Source: Thermoplasmatota archaeon
GTDB taxonomy: Archaea; Thermoplasmatota; E2; JACPAO01; JAHFTW01
Assembly: GCA_041623215.1 (NCBI GenBank)
Contig: JBFJXH010000003.1
Coordinates: forward strand, 1-39,481
Direction: 5' to 3'
DNA length: 39,481 nucleotides
Both the position numbers and the translations under genes were made by a program. The notes beneath the pieces are model-generated. The model ran no database searches. It was not told the DNA's origin and was given only the letters and a program-made list of their open reading frames with translations. This document shows, one piece after another, positions 1 through 8,834 of the stretch (the first letter of the stretch is position 1; the number at the start of each line of letters is the position of its first letter).

Positions 1-1
1 C

Positions 2-715
2 AAGCCCCAGAAGCCCTGGACCATTCCGGTGGAGCAAGTCTATTTGCGCCATCTCAAGGAGCAGGACGAGCGGGCCTGGTATGTTGTCCGCCATCACTTG
101 ATGGTGGAAGAATATCGTTCGGCGATGGACTGGTACTACGCTTACAAGAAGGCCACAAAGGGCGAGCGGACGCAGGAGCGCGTGGTCCTACAACTCGAGG
201 ACAAGTACGAGCGGCGGGAATTGCGCTGGCAGCGGCGTCTCGATGCCCCCATGGTGGAGGTCGAGCGCTTCGCCGACAAGCTGCAGGCAAAGCTTGACCG
301 GAAGGACCGGCGCAAGCTGGCCAAGGCCCAACGCAAGCACACCGCCCAAGTTGGCAAGCTTGAGGAAGCGTACGCGAAGACGCAGGCACGGCAAGCCAAG
401 CGCCATCGCGTCGCCGTGGCGCGGGCGCGCAAGCGGGGCGAAGCTGAACCGGCTGAACCTGAAGTTGCGCCCTTCGAGGCTCCCCCCGAGCCGGAGCTCG
501 TTGCCACAGAACTTGCTTCGCATCGGTGGCAGCGACGGGTTGACCGGGCGACTGCTCGCGCCGAGCGCAAGGTTGCCCGCATCGAACGCAAGCATGAGCG
601 CGACGAGGGGCGCTTCCTGGCCAAGGCTCGCCGCAAGGTAGGCAAAGTTGCCAAGCGGCTACAGGATGAGGAGTTCATTCGGCAACACCCCTTGCTCTTT
701 ACCGATGGGCAGTAG
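2..715 (+). CDS. 5'-truncated hypothetical protein, basic coiled-coil C-terminus with an internal duplication
   Basis: The frame is open to the left window edge (AAG CCC CAG... into the 29..715 ORF). It is K/R/E/A-rich and helical-looking, with the stop TAG at 713-715. Confidence 0.7.
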   Translation, partial: KPQKPWTIPVEQVYLRHLKEQDERAWYVVRHHLMVEEYRSAMDWYYAYKKATKGERTQERVVLQLEDKYERRELRWQRRLDAPMVEVERFADKLQAKLDRKDRRKLAKAQRKHTAQVGKLEEAYAKTQARQAKRHRVAVARARKRGEAEPAEPEVAPFEAPPEPELVATELASHRWQRRVDRATARAERKVARIERKHERDEGRFLAKARRKVGKVAKRLQDEEFIRQHPLLFTDGQ

Positions 716-753
716 CGAGCGCAACGAAGCAAGCGATTGAGGCACCCGGGCCT

Positions 754-1194
754 CTAGGCGCGCAAGCGTAGCGCTACGGTTTCGAGGTCAAACCCTGCCG
801 GGCAAGGCAAGGTCCCGCGCTGTGCAATAACCTCATGGCTGGCATCTGGGCGGGCACCCGCCGGATGACACATGCTGTAGCTCGCACATTCTGGCATGCC
901 ACAAGGTATGGGCGTCCACTTGACGGCTGTCCCTCGCAACCGGCGCCGTTCGACGGTGGTCACAAGGTCCACCTCTTCGACCGTTACGACGCGAACGCGG
1001 TCGTCATCGTGCAGGCCGCATGGGTGCTGAACATCCCGAACTTCATGGACACGGTAGCGGCGTCCCGCTTGGATGTTGTCAAAGCAGAGGCGGCGGACGG
1101 GGCACGCGCGGCATGCCTCATCGTCAGTCGGCCCATTGAACGTGAACGCAGTTCCCGGCTTCGCAGCGTATTCGGGAACCAGAGTCAGCGCCAC
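754..1194 (-). CDS. UPF0179 family protein
   Basis: Cys pattern CxxC-x5-C...HPC...C-x4-C-x5-C and GRRYRVxEVR are typical of archaeal UPF0179; lies downstream of egsA. Confidence 0.85.
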   Translation of the reverse strand: MALTLVPEYAAKPGTAFTFNGPTDDEACRACPVRRLCFDNIQAGRRYRVHEVRDVQHPCGLHDDDRVRVVTVEEVDLVTTVERRRLRGTAVKWTPIPCGMPECASYSMCHPAGARPDASHEVIAQRGTLPCPAGFDLETVALRLRA

Positions 1195-1239
1195 GATGCG
1201 GCCAGCCTAGCCTGCTTCTTGATACTTGCCGGGATGGGC

Positions 1240-2304
1240 TCAAAACACGCCCGTTTCCTTGCATACGCCCATGGCTGCCTGCTTCGTGAGGCCGCTTTCG
1301 CCCAGAATTGTGTAGCGCTCCGGGCGCAGCGTGTGACACGTCGTGAGTGCCTCGATAATCTTCTTGGAAGGTATGCCCAACTCTTTGGCAGTCACCGGGC
1401 AGCCTAGGTCGCTCAGGGCTTGCCGGAGGCCCTGCCAGTCGCCGCCGTGCAAGTGCATCATGATGATGCTTCCTACACCCACTTGCTCGCCGTGCATCGC
1501 CTTGCCCGGTGCCAGTCGGTCAAGGCCGTGGCTAAAGAGGTGCTCAGCCCCGCTGGCAGGTCGGCTGTTGCCAGCGACCGCCATGCTGACGCCGCTTACA
1601 ACGAGGCTCTTTACGACGATCCAACTGGCCTCTTCGCGGCCTAGCCGAATCAGGTCACGATTATCGATAATCAGGTCGGCTGCCGATTTGGCGAGGGTTG
1701 CGGCGAAGCTGCTGTATTCTTCGGCCTTGAGGCGCTTGGCAAGGCGCCAGTCAAGAACGGCGGTGAGATTGGATAGCACATCCGCGCACCCGCTGGCTAA
1801 CATCCGATACGGTGCCTGGCTAATCACGGAGGTGTCTGCCACGATGCCAATGGGTGGCTTGGCTTCCATGCTGACGCTGCCCTGGGACTCTTTGATGCTG
1901 GCCCGGCCCGAGCAAATCCCGTCGTGGCTGGCGGCCGTTGGTACACTAATGAATCCTGGTCCATGGCGGAACGCGGCTAGTTTTGCGACGTCAATGACCG
2001 ACCCCCCGCCGGCGCCCACGTACAGCCCGGCGCCCACCTTCTTACCGAGACGCGTCGCCTCCTGGACCGATTGCATGGTAGGTCCTTTGGAAAGATACGT
2101 GTGGGTGGCGAAGCCTTCGCCGTCTAGGCTCGCTAGGACTTTGTCACCCACAAGCTGCTTGGTGGTCTCGTCCATCACAACAACGCAGTTGGCAAGGCCG
2201 TCCAATTCCCCGGCCACTTTGCCAAGGCGGTCAATTGCCCCCGAGCCAACCAGCACGTTGCGGGGGAACACCATTTGCTTGATGCCTGTGATGCGGTCGT
2301 CCAC
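1240..2304 (-). CDS. egsA: sn-glycerol-1-phosphate dehydrogenase
   Basis: Motifs GGGSVIDVAK, VPTAASHDG, SRPASGAEHLFSH, HGEQVG. Start moved to GTG 2304, which avoids overlap with the divergent gene and has a TATA box about 25 bp upstream. Confidence 0.95.
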   Translation of the reverse strand: MDDRITGIKQMVFPRNVLVGSGAIDRLGKVAGELDGLANCVVVMDETTKQLVGDKVLASLDGEGFATHTYLSKGPTMQSVQEATRLGKKVGAGLYVGAGGGSVIDVAKLAAFRHGPGFISVPTAASHDGICSGRASIKESQGSVSMEAKPPIGIVADTSVISQAPYRMLASGCADVLSNLTAVLDWRLAKRLKAEEYSSFAATLAKSAADLIIDNRDLIRLGREEASWIVVKSLVVSGVSMAVAGNSRPASGAEHLFSHGLDRLAPGKAMHGEQVGVGSIIMMHLHGGDWQGLRQALSDLGCPVTAKELGIPSKKIIEALTTCHTLRPERYTILGESGLTKQAAMGVCKETGVF

Positions 2305-2326
2305 GGCGCTTCCATCCACCGTGGCA

Positions 2327-2332
2327 TTATAA
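2327..2332. promoter_or_regulatory. Palindromic TATA box, probably bidirectional
   Basis: TTATAA centred about 26 bp from GTG 2304 (-) and about 27 bp from GTG 2357 (+). Confidence 0.65.
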
Positions 2333-2356
2333 GGGTCGAGCGCCACATACCGACCG

Positions 2357-2830
2357 GTGCCGTCAAGCGTCCATGACCTTGTTCGCCGCTTGCCGATGCA
2401 GGATCTTAGCGATGATGACGCCGCCATGGCGGCGGTCCTGCGCACGACGCGCACCATCGCCATGGTCGGCGCGAGCGCCAATGCGTCCCGCCCCAGCCAC
2501 GGCGTCATGCGCTATTTGCTCGATGTCGGCTACACCGTCATTCCGGTGACACCTAAGCCTGAGCCCATCCACGGGATCAATCCAGTGCCGTCGTTGGAGG
2601 CGGCGGCCAAACAGGCGGGTGGGTACCTGGACATGGTGGATGTATTTCGCGACCCATCGGCGCTGCCCCAGGTGGTGCATGACACGATTGCCACGGGGGC
2701 CGCCATCTTGTGGACCCAGCTCGGTGTCGTGGACGAGGGGGCCTTACACCGCGCCATTGCCAACGGCATCGGGGTAGTATCGGACCGGTGCATCAAAGTG
2801 GAGCATGCGCGACTCATCGGCGCGCCTTGA
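2357..2830 (+). CDS. CoA-binding protein (YccU-like)
   Basis: TIAMVGAS...RPSHGVMRYL...DMVDVFR...LWTQLGV...DRCIKVEH signature. Start could alternatively be ATG 2396. Confidence 0.9.
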   Translation: MPSSVHDLVRRLPMQDLSDDDAAMAAVLRTTRTIAMVGASANASRPSHGVMRYLLDVGYTVIPVTPKPEPIHGINPVPSLEAAAKQAGGYLDMVDVFRDPSALPQVVHDTIATGAAILWTQLGVVDEGALHRAIANGIGVVSDRCIKVEHARLIGAP

Positions 2831-2835
2831 GATGG

Positions 2836-4524
2836 CTAGGAGACGTAGCGGACGGGGATATTGATGGACGCTGCTACGCCGTGTCCGTCGGTGACGCGAA
2901 TCATGATGGTCGTGTCACCTTGCCCGCTTGGCAAGTCAAACGTCCGGGTAACCGACGTCGGCCCGTTACTAGCTTGGTAAATGATGTCGCCCGTACTAAG
3001 CGCGATAGAAATCCAAGCCACTCCGGCTGGGTCACTGGCACTCAGGGAAATGCACCCTCGATCGATGAAGGTGGGGTTGAACTGTGCCGGTGACGCAAAG
3101 GGAGTTACGCGGGAGCATCCGACGTAGATGTGGCCGTCGAGAGGAGACGCGATGACCACCTCCGGGGGTGTCCCGTCCGGCCGGACCTCTATGGTGTGAG
3201 TCGCCGCATCAGTGCCCGTGCTAGCATGGGCATCCAGTTGCAGACTCATGGACCCTGTTTGGCTGTACGTGTGAGTCACAGCGTGCGTCGATCCTGCCGA
3301 CCAAGTCCCACTTGCAGGAAGGCGTTGGACGCCTGTTCCGTCGCCCCAGTCCAAGAAGGCCCAAACCGGTTTGCCTGCCCCTTCGTCGATGCGAAGCGTG
3401 CATGTGGCCTCGTACTGGACATCCACCTGGGTGGGGCAAGAAAAGAGTGTGATGCCGGGTCCCGGGATGTGTTCCGGCTCGTTGAGCTTGATGAACCGGT
3501 TGCGTTGATGGGCGATATTCCAGTAATTGGCCAAGTAGGACCCGCGGGCGGGGTTGGCATGGAAGTAATCGTCGTGATTGCAATCAAACGGCTCGCCCGA
3601 GCAATAGTTTCCCGAATAGAGGTTGCCGCGGGGCCCGTCGTCATCATAGCACATGATGTCGCGGCCATCAAAGCAATGGCCTGCTCGGGTGCTGTGGGGT
3701 GCGGAATCCTGGACGGCGCCCATGTTATGCCCCAGCTCATGCAGGCCGACGGTCCAGTCATAGCCGAAGTTGACGCCAAAGAGGGCTCCGCCATTACCAT
3801 TGTTCCAGTTACTTGTGCTCGCCCGGTCGTCCACGTACATGCTGCCCTGGCCGGCGCAGCCGCAGGCGCCGGGGTCATCGTAGAAGACCCAGTGCTTGAC
3901 GCGTCCACTTGTGTAGCCTAGGTTGCGCAGGTCCTCGATGATCGAGCCAAAGTTTGCGGCGCCCTTGCTCGTGGGTAGCACTTCGTTCCGGATGTCTAGG
4001 AACCCATCAATGCAGCGGAATCGGAGGTCGACTCCGGCTCCTGTTTGAACGCCCTCGTCGTGCAGAAGCCCATTGGCTTCAAGCACCTGGTTGATGAGCG
4101 TTGAGCGAAGCGCGTCAAAGCGATCGGCATCATTGTAAGCTCGGGCATAGATGATTTGAATCGCGTATTGACTCCCGTAGGATGAGTTGGCACATTGGGG
4201 GTGCCGTGCTCGTTCGCTGACGGCAACGTCCTCGCCAGGAGCTTCGATGGGGGCCGCCCCTTCTGGCACGGGGTCGGGGCCGTGCAAGAACCCCAGGAAG
4301 TCACCGTCTGCGGTGTGCAGGGCCAACATGCCGTCGGCGGTATCGCAGACCCATCCAACGTCATCCATCCACCTTGCGTCGCAGGGAATGGCTGCCGGCG
4401 CTGCGGCGTCGCCGGGGCCGGCCCCCACAGATGGCAGTAGGCCTACCGCGAGCAGAAGAACGATGGCGCCGATGGCCCGATGCATGTGCGGCCAGACTCG
4501 CGCCAGGCCTTGAGAGTTACTCAT
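2836..4524 (-). CDS. Secreted zinc metallopeptidase with PKD and Ig-like domains
   Basis: N-terminal signal peptide; HELGHNMG zincin motif followed by DIMCY; LDWGDG...HTY PKD signature; C-terminal DGTPPEV...VTDGHG Ig-like module. Confidence 0.8.
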   Translation of the reverse strand: MSNSQGLARVWPHMHRAIGAIVLLLAVGLLPSVGAGPGDAAAPAAIPCDARWMDDVGWVCDTADGMLALHTADGDFLGFLHGPDPVPEGAAPIEAPGEDVAVSERARHPQCANSSYGSQYAIQIIYARAYNDADRFDALRSTLINQVLEANGLLHDEGVQTGAGVDLRFRCIDGFLDIRNEVLPTSKGAANFGSIIEDLRNLGYTSGRVKHWVFYDDPGACGCAGQGSMYVDDRASTSNWNNGNGGALFGVNFGYDWTVGLHELGHNMGAVQDSAPHSTRAGHCFDGRDIMCYDDDGPRGNLYSGNYCSGEPFDCNHDDYFHANPARGSYLANYWNIAHQRNRFIKLNEPEHIPGPGITLFSCPTQVDVQYEATCTLRIDEGAGKPVWAFLDWGDGTGVQRLPASGTWSAGSTHAVTHTYSQTGSMSLQLDAHASTGTDAATHTIEVRPDGTPPEVVIASPLDGHIYVGCSRVTPFASPAQFNPTFIDRGCISLSASDPAGVAWISIALSTGDIIYQASNGPTSVTRTFDLPSGQGDTTIMIRVTDGHGVAASINIPVRYVS

Positions 4525-4568
4525 CGAAGTGGCCGCCGAAGCACGCGTTGCTGGCCTTGAAGCGGAGC

Positions 4569-5597
4569 CTAGAACAGGTGGTCGGATACCAAATGCGCCG
4601 GGCCGGCAGGTCGAAGGCGAAGCACGTCCGCTACGCCATCAAGTCCGGCCATGGTTGCCGCGACGGCTTCGAGGCTGGTCGAGTCGGTGTTGAGATAGGC
4701 GGTGGCACCGGTATCAATGCTGAACCAGACGCGGTGCCCTTCGGCGCGAAGCCGCTTGACCGCCTGCATGACCGCCACGGTGGCGGGTTGCCAGGTTAGG
4801 TGGCCCGATTCGCCGGTCATGGTAATGGCGTGCAAGTTGAGCGTATCGGCCTCGGCGGTAGCGCCGATCGCTGCAAGGTCCCTGTCATGGCAGGCGTTTC
4901 GTAGGCGATCAAGCGCACCGGGGATGTAGGCTACGCGTGCATCAAACAGCGGGCTTGTGAGAACTTCTTGGTGGACGCCTTCCGTTGGTTCAAGGTGATT
5001 GACCAGCGGAACGACAATGTGCCAATCCAAGGCGTCATCACTCAGGATTTGACGGCTATAGCTTCGCTCGCCCTCAATGACCCATTCCGAGACGCCGCCA
5101 GTTACGGAGCGGCATGCGGAACCAGCGCCCAAGCGTGCAAACTCCGACAATTGCTCCAACGGCATGGCCAGCCCGTAGGCCTCGGCAGCGGCCATGGCCA
5201 AGGCCGCAAAACCGGATGACGACGAGCCGAGCCCGACGAATTGTGGAAATGAATTGCGACTCTCCATGTGGAAAGGCCGGTCGTCTTCCGCGTGTTCCTG
5301 CAGAGCCCGCACCACGCTACACACACGGTCCCATGCACGGCCTTCCACTGCTTGCCCGTCGATGGTGGCGGACGACCGGGCGTTGGCGTCGTCGAGAAGC
5401 GCAAACGTAGTGTGGGTGTGCGTGGGGCCGGTGCACACGCTGATGCTGCCATGAAAGGGAATGCGGCGAACCGGGTCGCGTAGGCCGTGGTATTTCACCA
5501 AGCCTTGGATTGGATGAGCAACCGCGCTTGCCTTCGACGATGCATCCGTCAAGGTGGCGCTCGAGGTAACCGTTGCCGCCACATCCGGGGGGGCCAT
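4569..5597 (-). CDS. mvaD: Phosphomevalonate decarboxylase, haloarchaeal type (GHMP family)
   Basis: AHPIQGLVKYHG, GLGSSSSGFAALA, ARLGAGSACRSVTGG and FSIDTGA motifs. Confidence 0.88.
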   Translation of the reverse strand: MAPPDVAATVTSSATLTDASSKASAVAHPIQGLVKYHGLRDPVRRIPFHGSISVCTGPTHTHTTFALLDDANARSSATIDGQAVEGRAWDRVCSVVRALQEHAEDDRPFHMESRNSFPQFVGLGSSSSGFAALAMAAAEAYGLAMPLEQLSEFARLGAGSACRSVTGGVSEWVIEGERSYSRQILSDDALDWHIVVPLVNHLEPTEGVHQEVLTSPLFDARVAYIPGALDRLRNACHDRDLAAIGATAEADTLNLHAITMTGESGHLTWQPATVAVMQAVKRLRAEGHRVWFSIDTGATAYLNTDSTSLEAVAATMAGLDGVADVLRLRPAGPAHLVSDHLF

Positions 5598-5681
5598 GAG
5601 CGTCGCAGGAGCTTGGCTTGAAAGAACCCAACGGCCTCGCCAAGCGCTGCCAGCTGCCTGCTGCGCGGGCCTTTTGCCGCG

Positions 5682-6587
5682 TCACCGAATGAAATCGATG
5701 CCGTCGGCCGCCGGTTCGGGCGGGCCGCTGCCGCCGCCCCTTGCTGGCCGCTTCTTGAAGCGGCCGCCTTCGCCAGCGTAGTCATCGCCTAGGTCCAAAC
5801 GGCGGCGAACTTCCCGTTTGAGTTGTTCGGACAAATCAAACAGGAGGCCTCCGAGGGTCTTTCGCACATCCAACGCGCCCTCGACGAGGGTGCCCGTGAC
5901 AATGACGTCTGCGCCTGCTTCAATGGCATCGTGAGCTGCATCCACACTGCGAATACCGCCGCCTACGATGATGGGGATGTTCACGGCCGTCTTTACCGCC
6001 CGAATCAGGGAGGGGGCGACGGGCGTCGCCGCGCCGCTTCCCGCTTCAAGGTAGATGAAGCGCATGCCGAAGTACTGCGCCGCAAGCGCATAGCGAATCG
6101 CCGAATCGTGGTCGGTAGGGTCGATGAGCTGCGCCTTGCCAACTTTCCCCACGGTGCCACCCGGCTTGATGACCAGGTAGCCCATGGGGATGGGTTCGAG
6201 TCCCATACGGTCCACAGCCAAGGCTCCGGCCACTTGCTCGCCAACGAGGAATCGTGGATCTTTGCTGTTGAGCAGACTCATCCAGAGAATAGCGTCGGCA
6301 TGGGCCGACACTTGGGTGGCTCCGCCGGGAAACAACACGACGGGCAGCCCGCTTGCTCGCTTCACCGCCTTGCAGGTTTTGTCCACCAGCTTGGTGGCAT
6401 CACTCGTGGAGCCGCCCACGAGGATGAGGTGGCTACCTGCGTCAGCTGCAGCTTTTGCAATGGCCGCCGCTTGGCGGGGCGTCTGGCGGTCCGGGTCAAT
6501 CAGGGTCCAGTGGAGAGGACCATGGCGCAGGTGTCGGTAGATGTAGTCCTCGACCCACTGGATGCGCGGCCGCCGGCGAAACCTCAC
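5682..6587 (-). CDS. Geranylgeranylglyceryl phosphate synthase (group II)
   Basis: TLIDPD, VGGS, LFPG, SLLNS, YLEAGSGA, VGGGIRS and VTGT motifs. GTG 6587 overlaps the upstream stop (GTGA). Confidence 0.93.
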   Translation of the reverse strand: MRFRRRPRIQWVEDYIYRHLRHGPLHWTLIDPDRQTPRQAAAIAKAAADAGSHLILVGGSTSDATKLVDKTCKAVKRASGLPVVLFPGGATQVSAHADAILWMSLLNSKDPRFLVGEQVAGALAVDRMGLEPIPMGYLVIKPGGTVGKVGKAQLIDPTDHDSAIRYALAAQYFGMRFIYLEAGSGAATPVAPSLIRAVKTAVNIPIIVGGGIRSVDAAHDAIEAGADVIVTGTLVEGALDVRKTLGGLLFDLSEQLKREVRRRLDLGDDYAGEGGRFKKRPARGGGSGPPEPAADGIDFIR

Positions 6588-7450
6588 AGCGCGGCCAAGA
6601 GTGGGGGGATGATGAAGGCAGCGAGTGCCAGCAGCATGGCCAACTTGGACCAGCGCTGGGCGGTCCCCACGTTGCGGAATGCCTGCCAAGAAGCGGCGAT
6701 AAACACGAGATTGGCAGCCGCCAAGGCCGCCAATGCGGCCGCGGGCACGCTTGGTGAATTTACAACATAGACGATGGACAAACCAACCGCCAAGAAGTAG
6801 GCGCCCACGGCGGCAGCTTTGGCCCGATTGGCTCCGACCTGCATCGCGAGTGTGCTACGAAAGCCGCGGTCGTGGTCCAGATCCTCGACGTCCTTCAAAA
6901 TCTCCCTTCCAAGAGTGGCTAAGGCTGCCATGGCTGCCAACGCGTTCACGGCCGGCGCCTGTAGCAGGGTTCCCTGGACGGCAAAGGCGCCAAACACGAA
7001 GGTGCTTCCGACCAGTAGGGCCACCGTGATATTACCAAGCAAGCCCCGTGCCTTCAACCACCATTCGTAAGCCCCCAACACGGCCGCGTTCGCGGCCGCG
7101 AAGGCCGCCAGCGGCCAGCCGCCTGCCAGCCGGGCTTCCCACAGGCCGAAAAACATCAGGAAGATTGCAAACATTGCAGCCTGGGGGACCTCAATCGCAC
7201 CAGATGGCAGTGGGCGGCTCGGGTGAGCCGTCGCGTCAAGCTGTCGGTCGCGAATGTCATTGGCGATATTGCCTGCGCCCGTAATCAAGAACGCCGCCAG
7301 CGGGGCACCCAGCCAGGTCCAGGTGGGAATGCCAAGGGCGAGGCCGTTGGCCATAAGCATCCCTGCCAGAACGCCGATGGCCGACATGGATGCATTTCCC
7401 GGACGCATGAGCACAAGACGTGCCCGCCAAAGGTCGCCATAGCCGCTCAC
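6584..7450 (-). CDS. Digeranylgeranylglyceryl phosphate synthase (UbiA family)
   Basis: NDIRDRQLD...HPSRPLPSG and REILKDVEDLDHD Asp-rich motifs; multiple TM helices; coupled to GGGP synthase. Confidence 0.9.
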   Translation of the reverse strand: MSGYGDLWRARLVLMRPGNASMSAIGVLAGMLMANGLALGIPTWTWLGAPLAAFLITGAGNIANDIRDRQLDATAHPSRPLPSGAIEVPQAAMFAIFLMFFGLWEARLAGGWPLAAFAAANAAVLGAYEWWLKARGLLGNITVALLVGSTFVFGAFAVQGTLLQAPAVNALAAMAALATLGREILKDVEDLDHDRGFRSTLAMQVGANRAKAAAVGAYFLAVGLSIVYVVNSPSVPAAALAALAAANLVFIAASWQAFRNVGTAQRWSKLAMLLALAAFIIPPLLAAL

Positions 7451-7471
7451 GAGCCGGCCAATCAGGCCGTC

Positions 7472-7477
7472 GTTAAG
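7472..7477 (-). promoter_or_regulatory. TATA-like box for the DGGGPS-GGGPS operon
   Basis: CTTAAC on the minus strand, about 25 bp upstream of GTG 7450. Confidence 0.5.
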
Positions 7478-7487
7478 ATGGCTGGCG

Positions 7488-8834
7488 TCAGGTGGTGGCG
7501 GGTGACGCTGGCGCCGTGCCGCGGGTTCTCAGAGCGAACGGCAATCCAGCGATGAGAATGGCTACGCCCCAGGTGGCCTTGAGGGACGCCCAAGCCCCTT
7601 CCAGCAGTAGATGTACTTCGTGAAGTGCGGCCAGAACTAGCACGGTGGCCGATGCGGCGGCAAAGGCTGCTGGTGCGAAGCGAGGTCCAACAGTGGGGAC
7701 GCGCAGGCGCAGGGCCGACACGGCGACTAGGAAGTGGAAGATCCAGATGGCGATGCTGATGCCGCCAATCAAAGCCACAAAGGCGTTTTCGGCCAGCAGC
7801 GAGAATGCCACAAGATAGCTGGCCCAAAGGGCTTGCAGCCATGTCCCCCGGCCAGGTGCTTGGCGATTGTTTAGTGAGCCAAAAGGCGCCCACCAATCTC
7901 GTTGCTTGGCTGCCGCTGCATACAAGCGCGGGCCGGTGAAGGTCATGGTGTGCAGGCCGCCCGCCGCGGCAATGGCAATGACTGCAGCGGCCGCCCGCCC
8001 GCCGGCGCTGCCCCAGGCTGCCGCAGCAGCTTCCGCCGCGATGACATCGCCGGGATTAGGGACGGCCAAAACGAACGTTGTGGCTGCTGCCGCGTACAGC
8101 AACGTAACGGCTACGATGGCAAGCGTCGGCCCAATGGTCAGGGCATGGCGGCGAGTTTGACCTGCCAAAAACGTCACTTGGCTCCAGCCGCCAAAGGCGA
8201 AGACGGCGAGTAAAATCCAGCTTCCAAAGCCGCCCGAAAGCGCGGAACTGTCCCCTCCCGCCCCGGAACCGTGGCTGGATGCAGCACCGTGGTGGCTGCC
8301 GGCGACCAGAATGCCGGCAGTCAATAGAATCAGGAGGCCAACCTTCAGCAGGGTCAGGACGGCCTGAACGCGCCGACCGAGTGCCAGGCCGCGTGCGCCG
8401 ATGGCCGCGGCTAATGCCAGTAACCCCAGTGCCGCCGCGGCCTCCCACAACCGGCTGCCGGTTCCTAATCTCAGAGCGACGGCGGTAAAGCGAACCGTGG
8501 TCAGGGACAGCACGGCCAAGGCGCCGCATTGCATCACGGAGAATCGGCCCCAAACATACAATCGCGCCGGCATGGGTCCAAGGCCCGCCGCCAGGTAGCG
8601 GTAAGGCCCTCCATCGCCGGGGTGCGCCCGTGCGAGGGCGGCCATGGTCCAGGCGCCCAGTAGAACGGCGGCGCCGGATAGCAGGAACAGTATCACGATG
8701 ATGCCCAGCGATGCGCCTTGGCGCACCATTAGTCCGGGCGTGATGAAGATGCCAGCCCCCACCATCGCGGAAATGACCGTTGCAGCCACGTCAGTGGCTG
8801 ACAAGGTGGTGCGACCAGGCGCGGACGCGGCCAT
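7488..8834 (-). CDS. APC-family amino acid permease
   Basis: MVGAGIF, GGPYRYL, FAFGGW and GPRLYAAA motifs; about 12 TM. ATG 8834 overlaps the upstream TAA (TAATG). Confidence 0.88.
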   Translation of the reverse strand: MAASAPGRTTLSATDVAATVISAMVGAGIFITPGLMVRQGASLGIIVILFLLSGAAVLLGAWTMAALARAHPGDGGPYRYLAAGLGPMPARLYVWGRFSVMQCGALAVLSLTTVRFTAVALRLGTGSRLWEAAAALGLLALAAAIGARGLALGRRVQAVLTLLKVGLLILLTAGILVAGSHHGAASSHGSGAGGDSSALSGGFGSWILLAVFAFGGWSQVTFLAGQTRRHALTIGPTLAIVAVTLLYAAAATTFVLAVPNPGDVIAAEAAAAAWGSAGGRAAAAVIAIAAAGGLHTMTFTGPRLYAAAAKQRDWWAPFGSLNNRQAPGRGTWLQALWASYLVAFSLLAENAFVALIGGISIAIWIFHFLVAVSALRLRVPTVGPRFAPAAFAAASATVLVLAALHEVHLLLEGAWASLKATWGVAILIAGLPFALRTRGTAPASPATT

